Assembly: GCA_963975265.1 (NCBI GenBank)
Contig: CAXBGT010000001.1
Span: 13,130 to 77,129 of the forward strand
Direction: 5' to 3'
Length of the DNA stretch: 64,000 nt
DNA from: an uncultured Saprospirales bacterium
Lineage (GTDB): Bacteria; Bacteroidota; Bacteroidia; Chitinophagales; Saprospiraceae
Positions 49,138 through 58,933 of this stretch are shown piece by piece. The notes under the pieces were generated by a model. That model had not been told where the DNA came from. It worked only from the letters and a program-made list of their open reading frames with translations, and did no database searches. Each line of letters opens with the position of its first letter. The first letter of the stretch is position 1. Position numbers and translations under genes: made by a program.

Positions 49138-49701
49138 ATGAAAGAAGACAAATTAGAACAATTTTTGGCAGATCATAGGCAGGATTTCGATTCCGAAAGT
49201 CCACCACCTATGATTTGGATGAACCTTGAAAAAGAACTGGCAAATTCCAAAATAGAGAAAACATCCATATTTCATCAGCTGAAGCAAACAAATCTCATTC
49301 GTGTAATGCAAGTTGCAGCTATGTTTATAGTAGTAATGAGCGTTGGGCTTCTGATTGGGATGCAGATCAATAAAAGTGGCAATACATATGACAATCCACG
49401 CCTTGACGAATTCGTAGAGGCAGAAAGACATTATAATAAAAAAATAGACAAAATGTGGGCTACCGTTAAAGCCACAGATGCACAAGAAGCCGAGGATGTA
49501 AAAGAGGATCTAAAGTCTCTCGATGCAGTCTATAATGAACTTAAAGAAGAACTACTCAAAGGAAAAGGCAATAATACCAACAAAGTAGTGAATTCAATGA
49601 TATACAATTACAGAACAAAACTAGAAATCCTTGAGACCGTTCTAAACAAAACAAACCAACACAACCAACTAAATATTGAAGATGACAAAGTGGAAATATA
49701 A
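49138..49701 (+). CDS. Putative anti-sigma factor (single central TM)
   Basis: 187 aa with one TM segment (VMQVAAMFIVVMSVGLLIGM). Its position directly after the ECF sigma gene supports the call. No strong motif recognised. Confidence 0.6.
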   Translation: MKEDKLEQFLADHRQDFDSESPPPMIWMNLEKELANSKIEKTSIFHQLKQTNLIRVMQVAAMFIVVMSVGLLIGMQINKSGNTYDNPRLDEFVEAERHYNKKIDKMWATVKATDAQEAEDVKEDLKSLDAVYNELKEELLKGKGNNTNKVVNSMIYNYRTKLEILETVLNKTNQHNQLNIEDDKVEI

Positions 49702-50818
49702 AATAAGTGCTCTTTTACTGCTTTTGCTTTTTGGAAGTGGAATAGTAAGAGCTAATTCATTATCTAAAAAGCAGTTAATAAAGGAGATTCACCAATCGTT
49801 TGATGTTGATTCTGACGCAATACTCGGAGTCCATAATAGATATGGAAATATTAAAATCACAACATGGAATAAAAATACGGTAGACGTTGATGTACTCATT
49901 AAAGTTAAAACAGCAAGTAAATCAAAAGGACAGACTTTTCTAGAAGATATTAGTATTGACTTTTCTCATAGCAGATCAAAAGTAGGAATGAAAACAGTCT
50001 ATCCAGATCAAGAAAACAGCTCATGGTGGAGTAGCTGGTGGAGCAATAGCAATAATATCGATTTTGAAGTTCACTATACGATCAAGGTTCCTAAAGGAAT
50101 AAGTACTAATTTGGTAAATAAGTATGGGTCAATCTCTCAGGCTAGCATTGGTGGTTCTTCTGATGTCACTAATAAATTTGGAGACATTTTTTTTGATAAT
50201 GTTGGAGGCAATTTAACTTTGAATCTTGGCTATGGTAAAGCAAACGTGTCAAAAGTAAAAAACGTAATCGTAGAAATTAAAAACAGTACCCTAACCATAG
50301 CAACATGTGATGATATAAAAATGACATCTAAATATTCTAATTTTAGTTTTGGTAGTTGTGGTAATATGGATTTGGACACTAAGTATGATGAATTTACAAT
50401 AGAGTCAGCTAGAGAAATAGTAAATAATGGAAAATATGACAATTTCAAAATAGGAGAAGCGGAAAGTCTGATTCTAGAAACTAAAAACACTTCTGTATCT
50501 GTTAAAAAACTGAATAGAAAATGTAAAGTGAAAACAAAGTACGGCAGTATACATGTAAGATCGACTGGCCCAAATCTGGAATTAATCTCTTTAGAGTCCA
50601 AATATACAGAATACAAATTTGGAGTAGATTCAGATTTTCACTTGAAATTTTTAGGGGATTATTCAGGTTTATCAATTGGTGTTTCCCATGAAAAATATCA
50701 CTCTGAAAAAGATGGAAGCGAGATAAATGTAAAAGCCTTTCGAGGGACCAAAAATGCTAAATTGAAAATCAGTGCTGATCTAAAATATGGAGGATTAAAA
50801 ATTACAGAAAACAAATAA
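49682..50818 (+). CDS. DUF4097-like beta-helical repeat protein (putative adhesin-type fold)
   Basis: Has a signal peptide. About 9 repeats of a ~18-20-aa unit carry K-Y-G/S/D (NKYGSISQA, NKFGDIFFD, SKYSNFSFG, TKYDEFTIE, GKYDNFKIG, TKYGSIHVR, SKYTEYKFG, LKYGGLKI). The ATG at 49682 overlaps the anti-sigma gene end by 20 bp. Confidence 0.7.
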   Translation: MTKWKYKISALLLLLLFGSGIVRANSLSKKQLIKEIHQSFDVDSDAILGVHNRYGNIKITTWNKNTVDVDVLIKVKTASKSKGQTFLEDISIDFSHSRSKVGMKTVYPDQENSSWWSSWWSNSNNIDFEVHYTIKVPKGISTNLVNKYGSISQASIGGSSDVTNKFGDIFFDNVGGNLTLNLGYGKANVSKVKNVIVEIKNSTLTIATCDDIKMTSKYSNFSFGSCGNMDLDTKYDEFTIESAREIVNNGKYDNFKIGEAESLILETKNTSVSVKKLNRKCKVKTKYGSIHVRSTGPNLELISLESKYTEYKFGVDSDFHLKFLGDYSGLSIGVSHEKYHSEKDGSEINVKAFRGTKNAKLKISADLKYGGLKITENK

Positions 50819-50821
50819 ACT

Positions 50822-51373
50822 CTACTCATTAATACATCGAAAAGCGTAAGCTGGAGGGACATTAAGAAAAACAAAATGAGTTTCAAGGTTTCCAAATACA
50901 CCTTCATATAAAGAGGTAAGTGTCTTAGCATAATGCAGTTGCATATAACTTTTCCCTTTTTTGAGATTCTTTTTGCATAGCCCAAGTATTCTTTGCGCTA
51001 ATTCTTCTGGAAGCACTATATTAGGAAGAGCCGAAACAATGCTGTCAAAGACCTCTATCTTATGTTCAACCATATATCTTTCCATGTTCTCCGCACTATC
51101 ATTGATAGGAAAGAATCTAGGGTCTTTTATTTCTAACAATTTCTCGTACATATTGGGATTGATCTCAAATGCAAGCAGTTTGCCATTGGGATGCATTCTA
51201 TCCAGTATCCTTTTAGTAATAGCCCCATCTCCAGATCCGAGTTCCAATATAAATTTATCTTCTTGTGAGATAAAACTTGTTATCTTTTCACTTAAAGCCT
51301 TTCCACTTCTAGTTACAGTGCCTACTTCTCTAAAATTCTTAATGGCTTCAAGTAAAAAATTTAATCTACTCAT
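50822..51373 (-). CDS. Class I SAM-dependent methyltransferase
   Basis: Motif I is ILELGSGDGAIT, with an acidic residue at the end of strand 2 (LLAFEIN). 183 aa. Confidence 0.8.
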   Translation of the reverse strand: MSRLNFLLEAIKNFREVGTVTRSGKALSEKITSFISQEDKFILELGSGDGAITKRILDRMHPNGKLLAFEINPNMYEKLLEIKDPRFFPINDSAENMERYMVEHKIEVFDSIVSALPNIVLPEELAQRILGLCKKNLKKGKSYMQLHYAKTLTSLYEGVFGNLETHFVFLNVPPAYAFRCINE

Positions 51374-51752
51374 TTAGGGTCTATTCTTTTATCGACATCA
51401 AACATACGGATTTACATATTGGTCATTGACAAATTTTGTCTAAATAATCTAATAACTATTATAATCGATGATTATGCGCAATTTCCAAAGGCTTGTCATT
51501 TGACTTTTAAGCATTAACCAAAAGTCTTTACACAACAAGATGGTATCTAGTTTACACCATATATACCACTTCGTAAAAAACCATTTCATCTTAAGTTAAA
51601 GAGAAAATGGTGATTGCTTATTTAATAATATTCAATAAAAGACTCTAATTTCACAAGGCTACCCCAAAAACTAATGGGTATAACTCCATAAATTATACAA
51701 TTTAGTTATCTTTGCCCCTATAATTCTATCATTATACAAAATAATAAAACAA

Positions 51753-53942
51753 ATGGCTATTATTAGATTCAATGCGCTAAATGAAACTTTAAAGCGTAAA
51801 CCTGTAGAGGTTCAGGAAATCTCAGCTAAGAGAAGTGATCTTTTTGGAAATAAAGTTTTCTCTCTTGAAACATCTAGACAGTACATGCCAAAAGACGCTT
51901 ACAAAGCGATCAAGAATGCAACTAAGCATGGAGATAAGATAGATAGAAAAGTAGCCGATCAGATTGCTTCAGGTATGAAATCGTGGGCTCACGAAAAGGG
52001 GGCGACTCACTATACACACTGGTTTCAGCCATTGACAGGTATCACAGCGGAGAAACATGATGCATTTTTTGAACCGATAGGAGATGGTCAAGCAATGGAA
52101 AGATTCGATGGATCACAATTGGTGCAACAAGAGCCAGACGCATCATCTTTCCCTAACGGAGGATTAAGAAATACATTTGAAGCAAGAGGATATACAGCAT
52201 GGGATCCTACATCTCCTGCATTTGTAATGGGTACAACATTGTGTATCCCTACCATCTTCGTTTCTTACACAGGAGAGGCATTGGATAACAAGACACCATT
52301 GCTAAGAGCATTACAATCAATCGATGCCTCTGCAACCGCTGTCGCTAAATATTTTGATAAAAGCGTTTCTAAAGTAATCAATACATTAGGTTGGGAACAA
52401 GAGTTTTTCTTGATCGATAGTGCATTGGCAGATTCTAGACCGGATATTATGATGACAGGGCGTACTTTACTGGGTCATTCTCCTGCAAAGGGTCAACAGT
52501 TAGATGATCACTATTTTGGATCTATCCCAATGAGAGCAATGGGCTATTTGAGAGAATTGGAGTTAGAATGCATTCAACTTGGAATTCCAGTAAAGACAAG
52601 ACACAACGAGGTCGCACCTAATCAATTCGAGATTGCACCATTATTCGAAGAAGCGAACCTAGCCGTGGACCACAATTCACTGTTGATGGATGTAATGGAG
52701 AAAGTAGCTCAGAATCATAACTTTAGGGTCTTGTTCCATGAGAAGCCATTCGCGGGCATCAACGGGTCAGGAAAACATAACAATTGGTCTCTCGCAACAG
52801 ATACAGGAATAAACCTATTGTCTCCTGGTAAAACACCAATGAGTAATCTTCAGTTCTTAACATTCTTTATCAATACAATCATGGCTGTAGATACACATGC
52901 TGATCTCTTAAGAGCATCGATCGCTAGTGCAAGTAACGACCATAGACTTGGAGCAAATGAGGCACCTCCGGCAATTATCTCTGTATTTATCGGAGAACAA
53001 TTGACCAATGTATTAGATAATCTAGAGAAAGTATCAAAAGGGAAATTAACTCCTGAAGAAAAAACGGATCTTAAGCTAAATGTCGTTGGTAAAATCCCTG
53101 ATGTCTTACTAGATAATACAGACAGAAACAGAACTTCTCCTTTTGCATTTACTGGTAACAAGTTTGAGTTTAGAGCGGTAGGGTCTATTGCGAATTGTGC
53201 TGTTCCAATGACAATTTTGAACACAATGGTTTCTGAGCAGTTGAGAAAGTTCAAAATCGAAGTAGATGCTCTTATTGCTGATAAAAAAATGAAGAAAGAT
53301 GATGCCATATTTAACGTACTAAGAGAGTACATCAAGCAATCAAAGAGCATTAGATTTGAAGGTGATGGCTACTCTGAAGATTGGGTCGTAGAAGCAAAGA
53401 AAAGAGGGTTGAGTAATTTCAAAACCACACCTGAAGCTCTTAAAGCAAAAGTATCGAAAGAGAATATAAAATTATTGGCTGACCATGGTGTCCTCACAGA
53501 ACCAGAAGTACATGCTAGATACGAAATCGAGCTAGAAGAGTATATGTTGAAAATTCAAATTGAAGGTAGGGTGCTGGGCGATATCGCTAGAAATCATGTG
53601 ATTCCTACTGCTATCAGATATCAGAATACTATAATCGAAAATGTAAGTGGATTGAAAAACATATTTGGCACAGATTATAAAAAATTGGCTAAAGAGCAGA
53701 TTGACATAATAACAACTATCTCTGAACTTATCGCTGCAATTAAAACCAACGTAGATGCTATGATTGAGGAACGTAAAAAGGCTAATAAACTAACTAACTT
53801 AGAGAAAAAAGCCAAATCGTATTGCGAAAAAGTGAAGCCTTACTTTGATGAAATCAGACTTCATTGCGACAAGTTAGAAATGACTGTTGACGATGAACTT
53901 TGGCCAATGACTAAATACAGAGAGTTGTTGTTTACGAAGTAA
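51753..53942 (+). CDS. Glutamine synthetase type III
   Basis: 729 aa, the length typical of GS III in Bacteroidota. GS catalytic motifs RHNEVAPNQFEIAP and NGSGKHNNWSL are present. Confidence 0.9.
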   Translation: MAIIRFNALNETLKRKPVEVQEISAKRSDLFGNKVFSLETSRQYMPKDAYKAIKNATKHGDKIDRKVADQIASGMKSWAHEKGATHYTHWFQPLTGITAEKHDAFFEPIGDGQAMERFDGSQLVQQEPDASSFPNGGLRNTFEARGYTAWDPTSPAFVMGTTLCIPTIFVSYTGEALDNKTPLLRALQSIDASATAVAKYFDKSVSKVINTLGWEQEFFLIDSALADSRPDIMMTGRTLLGHSPAKGQQLDDHYFGSIPMRAMGYLRELELECIQLGIPVKTRHNEVAPNQFEIAPLFEEANLAVDHNSLLMDVMEKVAQNHNFRVLFHEKPFAGINGSGKHNNWSLATDTGINLLSPGKTPMSNLQFLTFFINTIMAVDTHADLLRASIASASNDHRLGANEAPPAIISVFIGEQLTNVLDNLEKVSKGKLTPEEKTDLKLNVVGKIPDVLLDNTDRNRTSPFAFTGNKFEFRAVGSIANCAVPMTILNTMVSEQLRKFKIEVDALIADKKMKKDDAIFNVLREYIKQSKSIRFEGDGYSEDWVVEAKKRGLSNFKTTPEALKAKVSKENIKLLADHGVLTEPEVHARYEIELEEYMLKIQIEGRVLGDIARNHVIPTAIRYQNTIIENVSGLKNIFGTDYKKLAKEQIDIITTISELIAAIKTNVDAMIEERKKANKLTNLEKKAKSYCEKVKPYFDEIRLHCDKLEMTVDDELWPMTKYRELLFTK

Positions 53943-53981
53943 GCTTACTTTTTAGATAATAGGCAATCAATATAGATTAGT

Positions 53982-54016
53982 AGCCCGTTTCATTAATTTG
54001 GATCGGGTTTTTTTTT
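53982..54016 (+). terminator. Possible terminator after the GS III gene
   Basis: Short 6-bp stem (AGCCCG / CGGGTT, including one G-U) with a 16-nt loop, followed by a T9 run at 54008-54016. Confidence 0.45.
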
Positions 54017-54167
54017 GATAAAAAAGTGAAATGTTTAGATTCCCAAGATTCGACATAGTTATCGAGAGAATTGGCAAGCTCAAAAAGACTTCTAGTTTAA
54101 TATACTAGGGCTTTGCATTTCTTCCTTGTTCCTACTTTGGGAATCTCTTGACTTATTGGAATCAATG

Positions 54168-54890
54168 CTAAAAAATAGCTCTCAAAACCTCCAAAGTTTT
54201 CAATTCTCTGAATTGCTCTATATGAAGTCGGTAATAGATGACCATATTATCAATAATTTCATTCCTTAATTCCTTTGGGTAAGAAAGCGCATCCAATGCA
54301 TCCATTGACATATGGTCAATCATGCCAATGGCAGCGCTTACTTCTTTGGTAGCAACATATTTTTCATTATTGTGATCAAGGTATTTGCCATTGTAAAGGT
54401 CGAAATAAGGTGTGTCACTATGAAAGTTATTAATAGGCATAAATCCAATATGCTCTGATAATTCCAGCATAAACTTAATGCTAAACAAACTAAGATTAAT
54501 CTGCTCCTCACTATCTAGAAGGGTAAGTCGGCTGTATATAAAATCAAACAAGGAGACGTTCTCTTCTCTTTCTCGAATTGCATTTTTACAAACTTCTAAA
54601 ATGAATAAACCAATAGATGATCTAACTACATCATAAGACAGTTTTTTATAGTGATGCTCGATTCTACATTCTTTGATTCGTGCTAGCTTATCATCTTTAT
54701 CATAAGCTACCAGATCTAGGATATTAAGATGTTGATATAAGGATGCCTTATTTTTTGTTTTGCTGGATCGCACACCACTTACGATGAATGATCTTAGGCC
54801 TTTCTCTCTTGTAAATACATCCAATATCAAACTGCTCTCACTATACTTCGTGGACCTGAATACGATTCCGATGCTTTTGAATACATTCAT
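54168..54890 (-). CDS. recO: DNA repair protein RecO
   Basis: MNVFKSIGIVFRSTKYSESSLILDVFTREKGLRSFIVSGVRSSK matches the RecO N-terminal OB-fold pattern. I place the start at the ATG at 54888-54890, because the track ORF starts at a GTG at 54905. Confidence 0.85.
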   Translation of the reverse strand: MNVFKSIGIVFRSTKYSESSLILDVFTREKGLRSFIVSGVRSSKTKNKASLYQHLNILDLVAYDKDDKLARIKECRIEHHYKKLSYDVVRSSIGLFILEVCKNAIREREENVSLFDFIYSRLTLLDSEEQINLSLFSIKFMLELSEHIGFMPINNFHSDTPYFDLYNGKYLDHNNEKYVATKEVSAAIGMIDHMSMDALDALSYPKELRNEIIDNMVIYYRLHIEQFRELKTLEVLRAIF

Positions 54891-54892
54891 TT

Positions 54893-55198
54893 TTAAAATT
54901 CCCACCCAGGGATTGGAGGGTCTGATTTATATTTTTGCTTTGTGGCTATTCTTTCCTTTTGTCTATTTAATATCAATCTAGCCAACCCTTCTACAGGAGC
55001 TACAACGGCATTAGGAGACAATACGGCATTTATTTTCACTTCCAAAACATCCAAACGATAAAGGTAACTCATCAACAACTCTGGATTTTTATCCAGCAAA
55101 TACGCTACTCTATCTCTTATTGCCTTGAACATATCGCTTTCTGATAATTCAAAAAGCGCATCGGGAAACATCTCATTTGATGGTAGATCTTCGCTCAT
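54893..55198 (-). CDS. Hypothetical 101-aa protein
   Basis: The ORF is tightly packed between the SDR gene (18-bp gap) and recO (2-bp gap) on the same strand. No domain recognised. Confidence 0.6.
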   Translation of the reverse strand: MSEDLPSNEMFPDALFELSESDMFKAIRDRVAYLLDKNPELLMSYLYRLDVLEVKINAVLSPNAVVAPVEGLARLILNRQKERIATKQKYKSDPPIPGWEF

Positions 55199-55216
55199 AT
55201 TTTGACTAACAAAAGA

Positions 55217-56002
55217 TTATAAACATTTAGTTCGTCCACCATCCACAGGAATATTGATCCCTGTAATGTATGATGCAGCAGGACTGGCCAAAAAACCTAT
55301 AGCGGCAGCAATCTCGGATGGTTCTGCGAACCGACCCATCGGTATAATTGATTGCATAGATTTGATGGTTTCATCTTTGGTTTTATTCATTTTTTTAGCC
55401 TTATTTTCTATGATTTCATCCAGTCTTCCAGTATTTGTAGCTCCCGGAAGTACATTATTTACGGTGATCCCTTTATTCGCCACTTCTCCAGCTAGTGTTT
55501 TAGACCAACTTGCTACCGCACCACGAGTCGTATTACTAACACCAAGGTTAGCGAGTGGGCTTTTTACAGAAGTTGATATAATATTGATGATCCTTCCAAA
55601 ACCATCAGCTTCCATACCAGGTAGTAATGTAGTAGCTAGAATATGATTACAGATTAGGTGTTGGTTATAAGCTGCTAAAAACGCCTCCGTTGTTGCTTTT
55701 GCTATCGGCCCAGAAGGTGGTCCGCCAGTATTATTTACAAGTATGTGAATGTTCTTCTTTGATGCAAGCGATTCCACCTTAGCTCTAAGATCGGCTTGTA
55801 TGTTGTAATCGACAATGATATAATCATGCTGTTGTCCTTTTGATGTATCCAGCTCTAACAGCATTGCTTTCAATTTATCTTCTGATCTAGCAGCTAAAGT
55901 CACATTAGCGCCCATCTTGGCAAGTAGCTTCGCAGATGCTGAACCAATCCCTTTTGATGATCCACATACGAGTGCATTTCTATTTTCTAGTGATATATTC
56001 AT
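55217..56002 (-). CDS. Short-chain dehydrogenase/reductase (SDR) family oxidoreductase
   Basis: Cofactor motif VCGSSKGIGSA, NNTGG, and a C-terminal ITGINIPVDGG. 261 aa. Confidence 0.9.
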   Translation of the reverse strand: MNISLENRNALVCGSSKGIGSASAKLLAKMGANVTLAARSEDKLKAMLLELDTSKGQQHDYIIVDYNIQADLRAKVESLASKKNIHILVNNTGGPPSGPIAKATTEAFLAAYNQHLICNHILATTLLPGMEADGFGRIINIISTSVKSPLANLGVSNTTRGAVASWSKTLAGEVANKGITVNNVLPGATNTGRLDEIIENKAKKMNKTKDETIKSMQSIIPMGRFAEPSEIAAAIGFLASPAASYITGINIPVDGGRTKCL

Positions 56003-56223
56003 TGTTGTTATGTTTAACGGTAAAGGTATTGGTTTTTTGAATATTTAATAATGTAAGATTAATCTTGTGATTTACCTTGGTAGTCTTTTGTTATGGTTCT
56101 ATCAGCAGATTTGATTGAAGATGGAAGGTTGTTTTCTGAGTAAAAGAGTGGAATATGGTATCTTAACTTGGGCAATACGTTCTAACCCTTTTCGTTTTAG
56201 GTGCAATCACATGAACAAAACCT

Positions 56224-57006
56224 ATGTCAAAAATTAGTGTCTTCTATTCGGTACTCATTGTTACTTTCTATTCATGTAATAAAAATGATTTTTCATGCTA
56301 TCCAGAGGAATTAAAACAAAATATTATAGCATCATATACATTTAGTGATGGGTCACTTAATGATATCTCAGGGAATGGAAACCACTTAGACACATTAATC
56401 GGCACCAATACTACTAACGGAAGAAGTGGAAATCCTAATTGCGCTTATGAGTTTGACTATTTAGAATCACCTTATCAAAAGATATTAAAAGAAGATGCTT
56501 CATTCCTAGATGGAATGGAGTCTTTTTCACTGTCTCTCTGGATCAAGATTTCAAGAAAAAGATCGGGAGCGGGTTTCATTGAAGGCTTAATATCAAGAGA
56601 TACTTTTCCATCTTGCCCCAATCGGTTTGGACAATGGTCGCTTAGTCTTTATGATTGCAGAAGAGCTGTTTTTGCTCATAATAATTCCGCTTGGGTAGAT
56701 TGGTTGTCTCCTAACATACTAGATTGTTCTGGGGAGGTTCCAGAAAACTTAACTCCAGAGTGGATAAATATAATTGGCATTAAAGATGTAAATACTTACT
56801 CGATTTACCTTAATGGAATTTTACATGAAAAAGTAGAAAATGATGGAAATTGCAGCTCTTTTCCAGAATTTCTCTCCAAAGATGAAGGACCTCTCATATT
56901 TGGTTACAAATTTTCAGGTACGTTGGATGATGTTATTATATTTGATAACGGTCTAAATGAAGCTGAAGTAAAACAAGTCTATGAACTAGAGTCATGTTGT
57001 AATTAG
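56224..57006 (+). CDS. LamG/concanavalin-A-like domain lipoprotein
   Basis: Lipobox-like VTFYSCNKN. FSLSLWIK...GTLDDVIIFDNGLNEAEVKQVYE is the typical Laminin_G_3 ending. Confidence 0.75.
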   Translation: MSKISVFYSVLIVTFYSCNKNDFSCYPEELKQNIIASYTFSDGSLNDISGNGNHLDTLIGTNTTNGRSGNPNCAYEFDYLESPYQKILKEDASFLDGMESFSLSLWIKISRKRSGAGFIEGLISRDTFPSCPNRFGQWSLSLYDCRRAVFAHNNSAWVDWLSPNILDCSGEVPENLTPEWINIIGIKDVNTYSIYLNGILHEKVENDGNCSSFPEFLSKDEGPLIFGYKFSGTLDDVIIFDNGLNEAEVKQVYELESCCN

Positions 57007-57051
57007 TATCACTGATACTTAATCTAGAATAAGGCGCTGACGTATAAAGTG

Positions 57052-57090
57052 TAAAAAAGGGGTAGATGTTTTCAAATATTCTACCCCTGA
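57052..57090 (-). terminator. Terminator after purA (probably bidirectional, also serving the LamG gene)
   Basis: 9-bp stem AGGGGTAGA (57058-57066) / TCTACCCCT (57080-57088). The A6 tract on the plus side gives a T-run on the minus strand. Confidence 0.7.
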
Positions 57091-57144
57091 TATATTATTC
57101 ACCCTCTTTCTTACTAGAGAGATTAACTTTGCAATACTTTTCGT

Positions 57145-58413
57145 TTATTTCACAAGCAGTTTACGTCTTTCGGGACCAGTAGATACCATAGAAATCGGAA
57201 CTCCTAATAATCTTTCCAATTCAGCTATATAGTCCTTTGCCTCTTGTGGAAGACCCTCTATAGTAACCACATCTTCTAAGCTACTTGACCATCCTTTGTG
57301 CGATTCATATACTGGGGTAATTCCAGGTATATTGATGTCATATGGTAGCTCGTTAGTAACTTCTCCATTTACATCGTAATGGGTTCCTACTTTAATCGTT
57401 TCGAACTCGTCTAGTATATCCAGTTTGGTAATCACAACTTGTGTCACACCACTCAACATGATGGTATAGAGTAACTGAGGAATATCAATCCATCCACACC
57501 TTCTTGGTCTACCTGTAGTAGCACCAAACTCAGAACCTATTTTTCTAAGCTTTTCACCATCTGCATCGTCCAATTGTGTTGGAAACGGGCCAGAACCAAC
57601 TCTCGTACAGTATGCTTTCACTATACCTATGACTTCTCCTATCTGAGAAGGGGCTATACCCAAACCATTACAAACGCCCGCAGAAATAGTGTTAGATGAG
57701 GTTACAAATGGGTAAGTACCGAAATCGATATCAAGCATAGACCCTTGTGCTCCTTCTGCCAATACTTTTTTACCTGCCTTTATGGCTTTGTTGACCATGT
57801 ATTCACCATCTACAAAATTGAGTTCTTTGATGATATTGATACAATCAAACCATTTCTTTTCTTCTGCGGCAAGATCAAACTCTATCTCAGGATACAATTT
57901 GATGAAATCCATGTGCTTCGCTTTCAGTGCTTCATACTTTTCTTTAAAGTCTGATGTTTCGATATCACCTACTCTTATGCCATTCCTACCCGTCTTATCC
58001 ATATAGGTCGGTCCTATACCTTTTAGGGTACTGCCTATTTTTTCCTTTCCTTTTGCAGCTTCTGATGCAGCATCTATATACCTGTGAGTTGGTAAAATCA
58101 GGTGAGCCTTTCTTGCTATGAATAGCCGACTTCTAAATTCTACACCTTCCTTATCAAGGTTATCCAGTTCTCGAACCATAGTTATAGGGTCAATCACAAC
58201 ACCATTGCCTATGACATTGGTGATTTTTTGTCTGAATATACCTGAAGGAATAGTGTGAAGAACATACTTGTTAGTCCCGATAATGATGGTGTGCCCTGCG
58301 TTAGGTCCGCCCTGGAACCTACATACCATATCGTATTTATCAGCAAGATAATCTACGATTTTTCCCTTGCCTTCGTCTCCCCATTGGAGTCCTAAAATTA
58401 CATCTACTGCCAT
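57145..58413 (-). CDS. purA: Adenylosuccinate synthase
   Basis: MAVDVILGLQWGDEGKGKIVDYL P-loop, plus GPNAGHT and GTTGRP-like (ATTGRPRRCGW) motifs. I place the start at the ATG at 58411-58413. The 30-codon upstream extension in the track is rejected. Confidence 0.9.
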   Translation of the reverse strand: MAVDVILGLQWGDEGKGKIVDYLADKYDMVCRFQGGPNAGHTIIIGTNKYVLHTIPSGIFRQKITNVIGNGVVIDPITMVRELDNLDKEGVEFRSRLFIARKAHLILPTHRYIDAASEAAKGKEKIGSTLKGIGPTYMDKTGRNGIRVGDIETSDFKEKYEALKAKHMDFIKLYPEIEFDLAAEEKKWFDCINIIKELNFVDGEYMVNKAIKAGKKVLAEGAQGSMLDIDFGTYPFVTSSNTISAGVCNGLGIAPSQIGEVIGIVKAYCTRVGSGPFPTQLDDADGEKLRKIGSEFGATTGRPRRCGWIDIPQLLYTIMLSGVTQVVITKLDILDEFETIKVGTHYDVNGEVTNELPYDINIPGITPVYESHKGWSSSLEDVVTIEGLPQEAKDYIAELERLLGVPISMVSTGPERRKLLVK

Positions 58414-58852
58414 TAATTGGATTTTGTGCAGAGTTATACTACTTCTCAAAAATCTACTGTTGCATTCAACACTTTTTCTTTCTAGAGACTTCTCATATTT
58501 CACTGAAAATCTAGAAGTAGAATTTAAAGGTCAAAATTATAGAAATGCTTAGATATATTAGAGTTTATCGCAGTATATATTTAATTTTTTATGATGTATT
58601 TATCCACAATTGTAGAGATAGCTACTCACCTTCCATCAACTGAACAGTCTTGCCATAAAAAAAGCAAGATGTCATGAAACTACTTTTCACATAAACAGTG
58701 CAAGTTATGCAGGCTAGGCCCTACCTCCAAATACAGTAAAGAACATTCTTCGCAAGTATTTATTCTTTAGATTATCTATTCCTAGTTTGCGAGATTTCAT
58801 AAGAAGTCTCTATTAGAAAACTTGCGCCAAATGCCGAAGCGCGTAATAAAAT

Positions 58853-58890
58853 CAAACAAAAAAGCCTGACTCGCAATGCAAGTCAGGCTT
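58853..58890 (-). terminator. Rho-independent terminator after the PpiD-like gene
   Basis: On the minus strand the stem is AGCCTGACT / AGTCAGGCT (9 bp), followed by TTTTTTGTTTG. Confidence 0.8.
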
Positions 58891-58933
58891 CTATACCTGG
58901 TTGATAGGTTTTATGGTGTCTTAACTTTAGATC

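Noticed and set aside
54037-54146. 10-bp inverted repeat AGATTCCCAA / TTGGGAATCT spanning 110 bp between the GS III gene and recO.
   Set aside because: The same statistical argument applies. It is an isolated occurrence with no supporting features.
58414-58503. 30-codon N-terminal extension of purA in the track (MKYEKSLERKSVECNS...).
   Set aside because: PurA proteins begin just before the GDEGKGK P-loop (MAVDVILGLQWGDEGKGK). The extension has no counterpart in the family.
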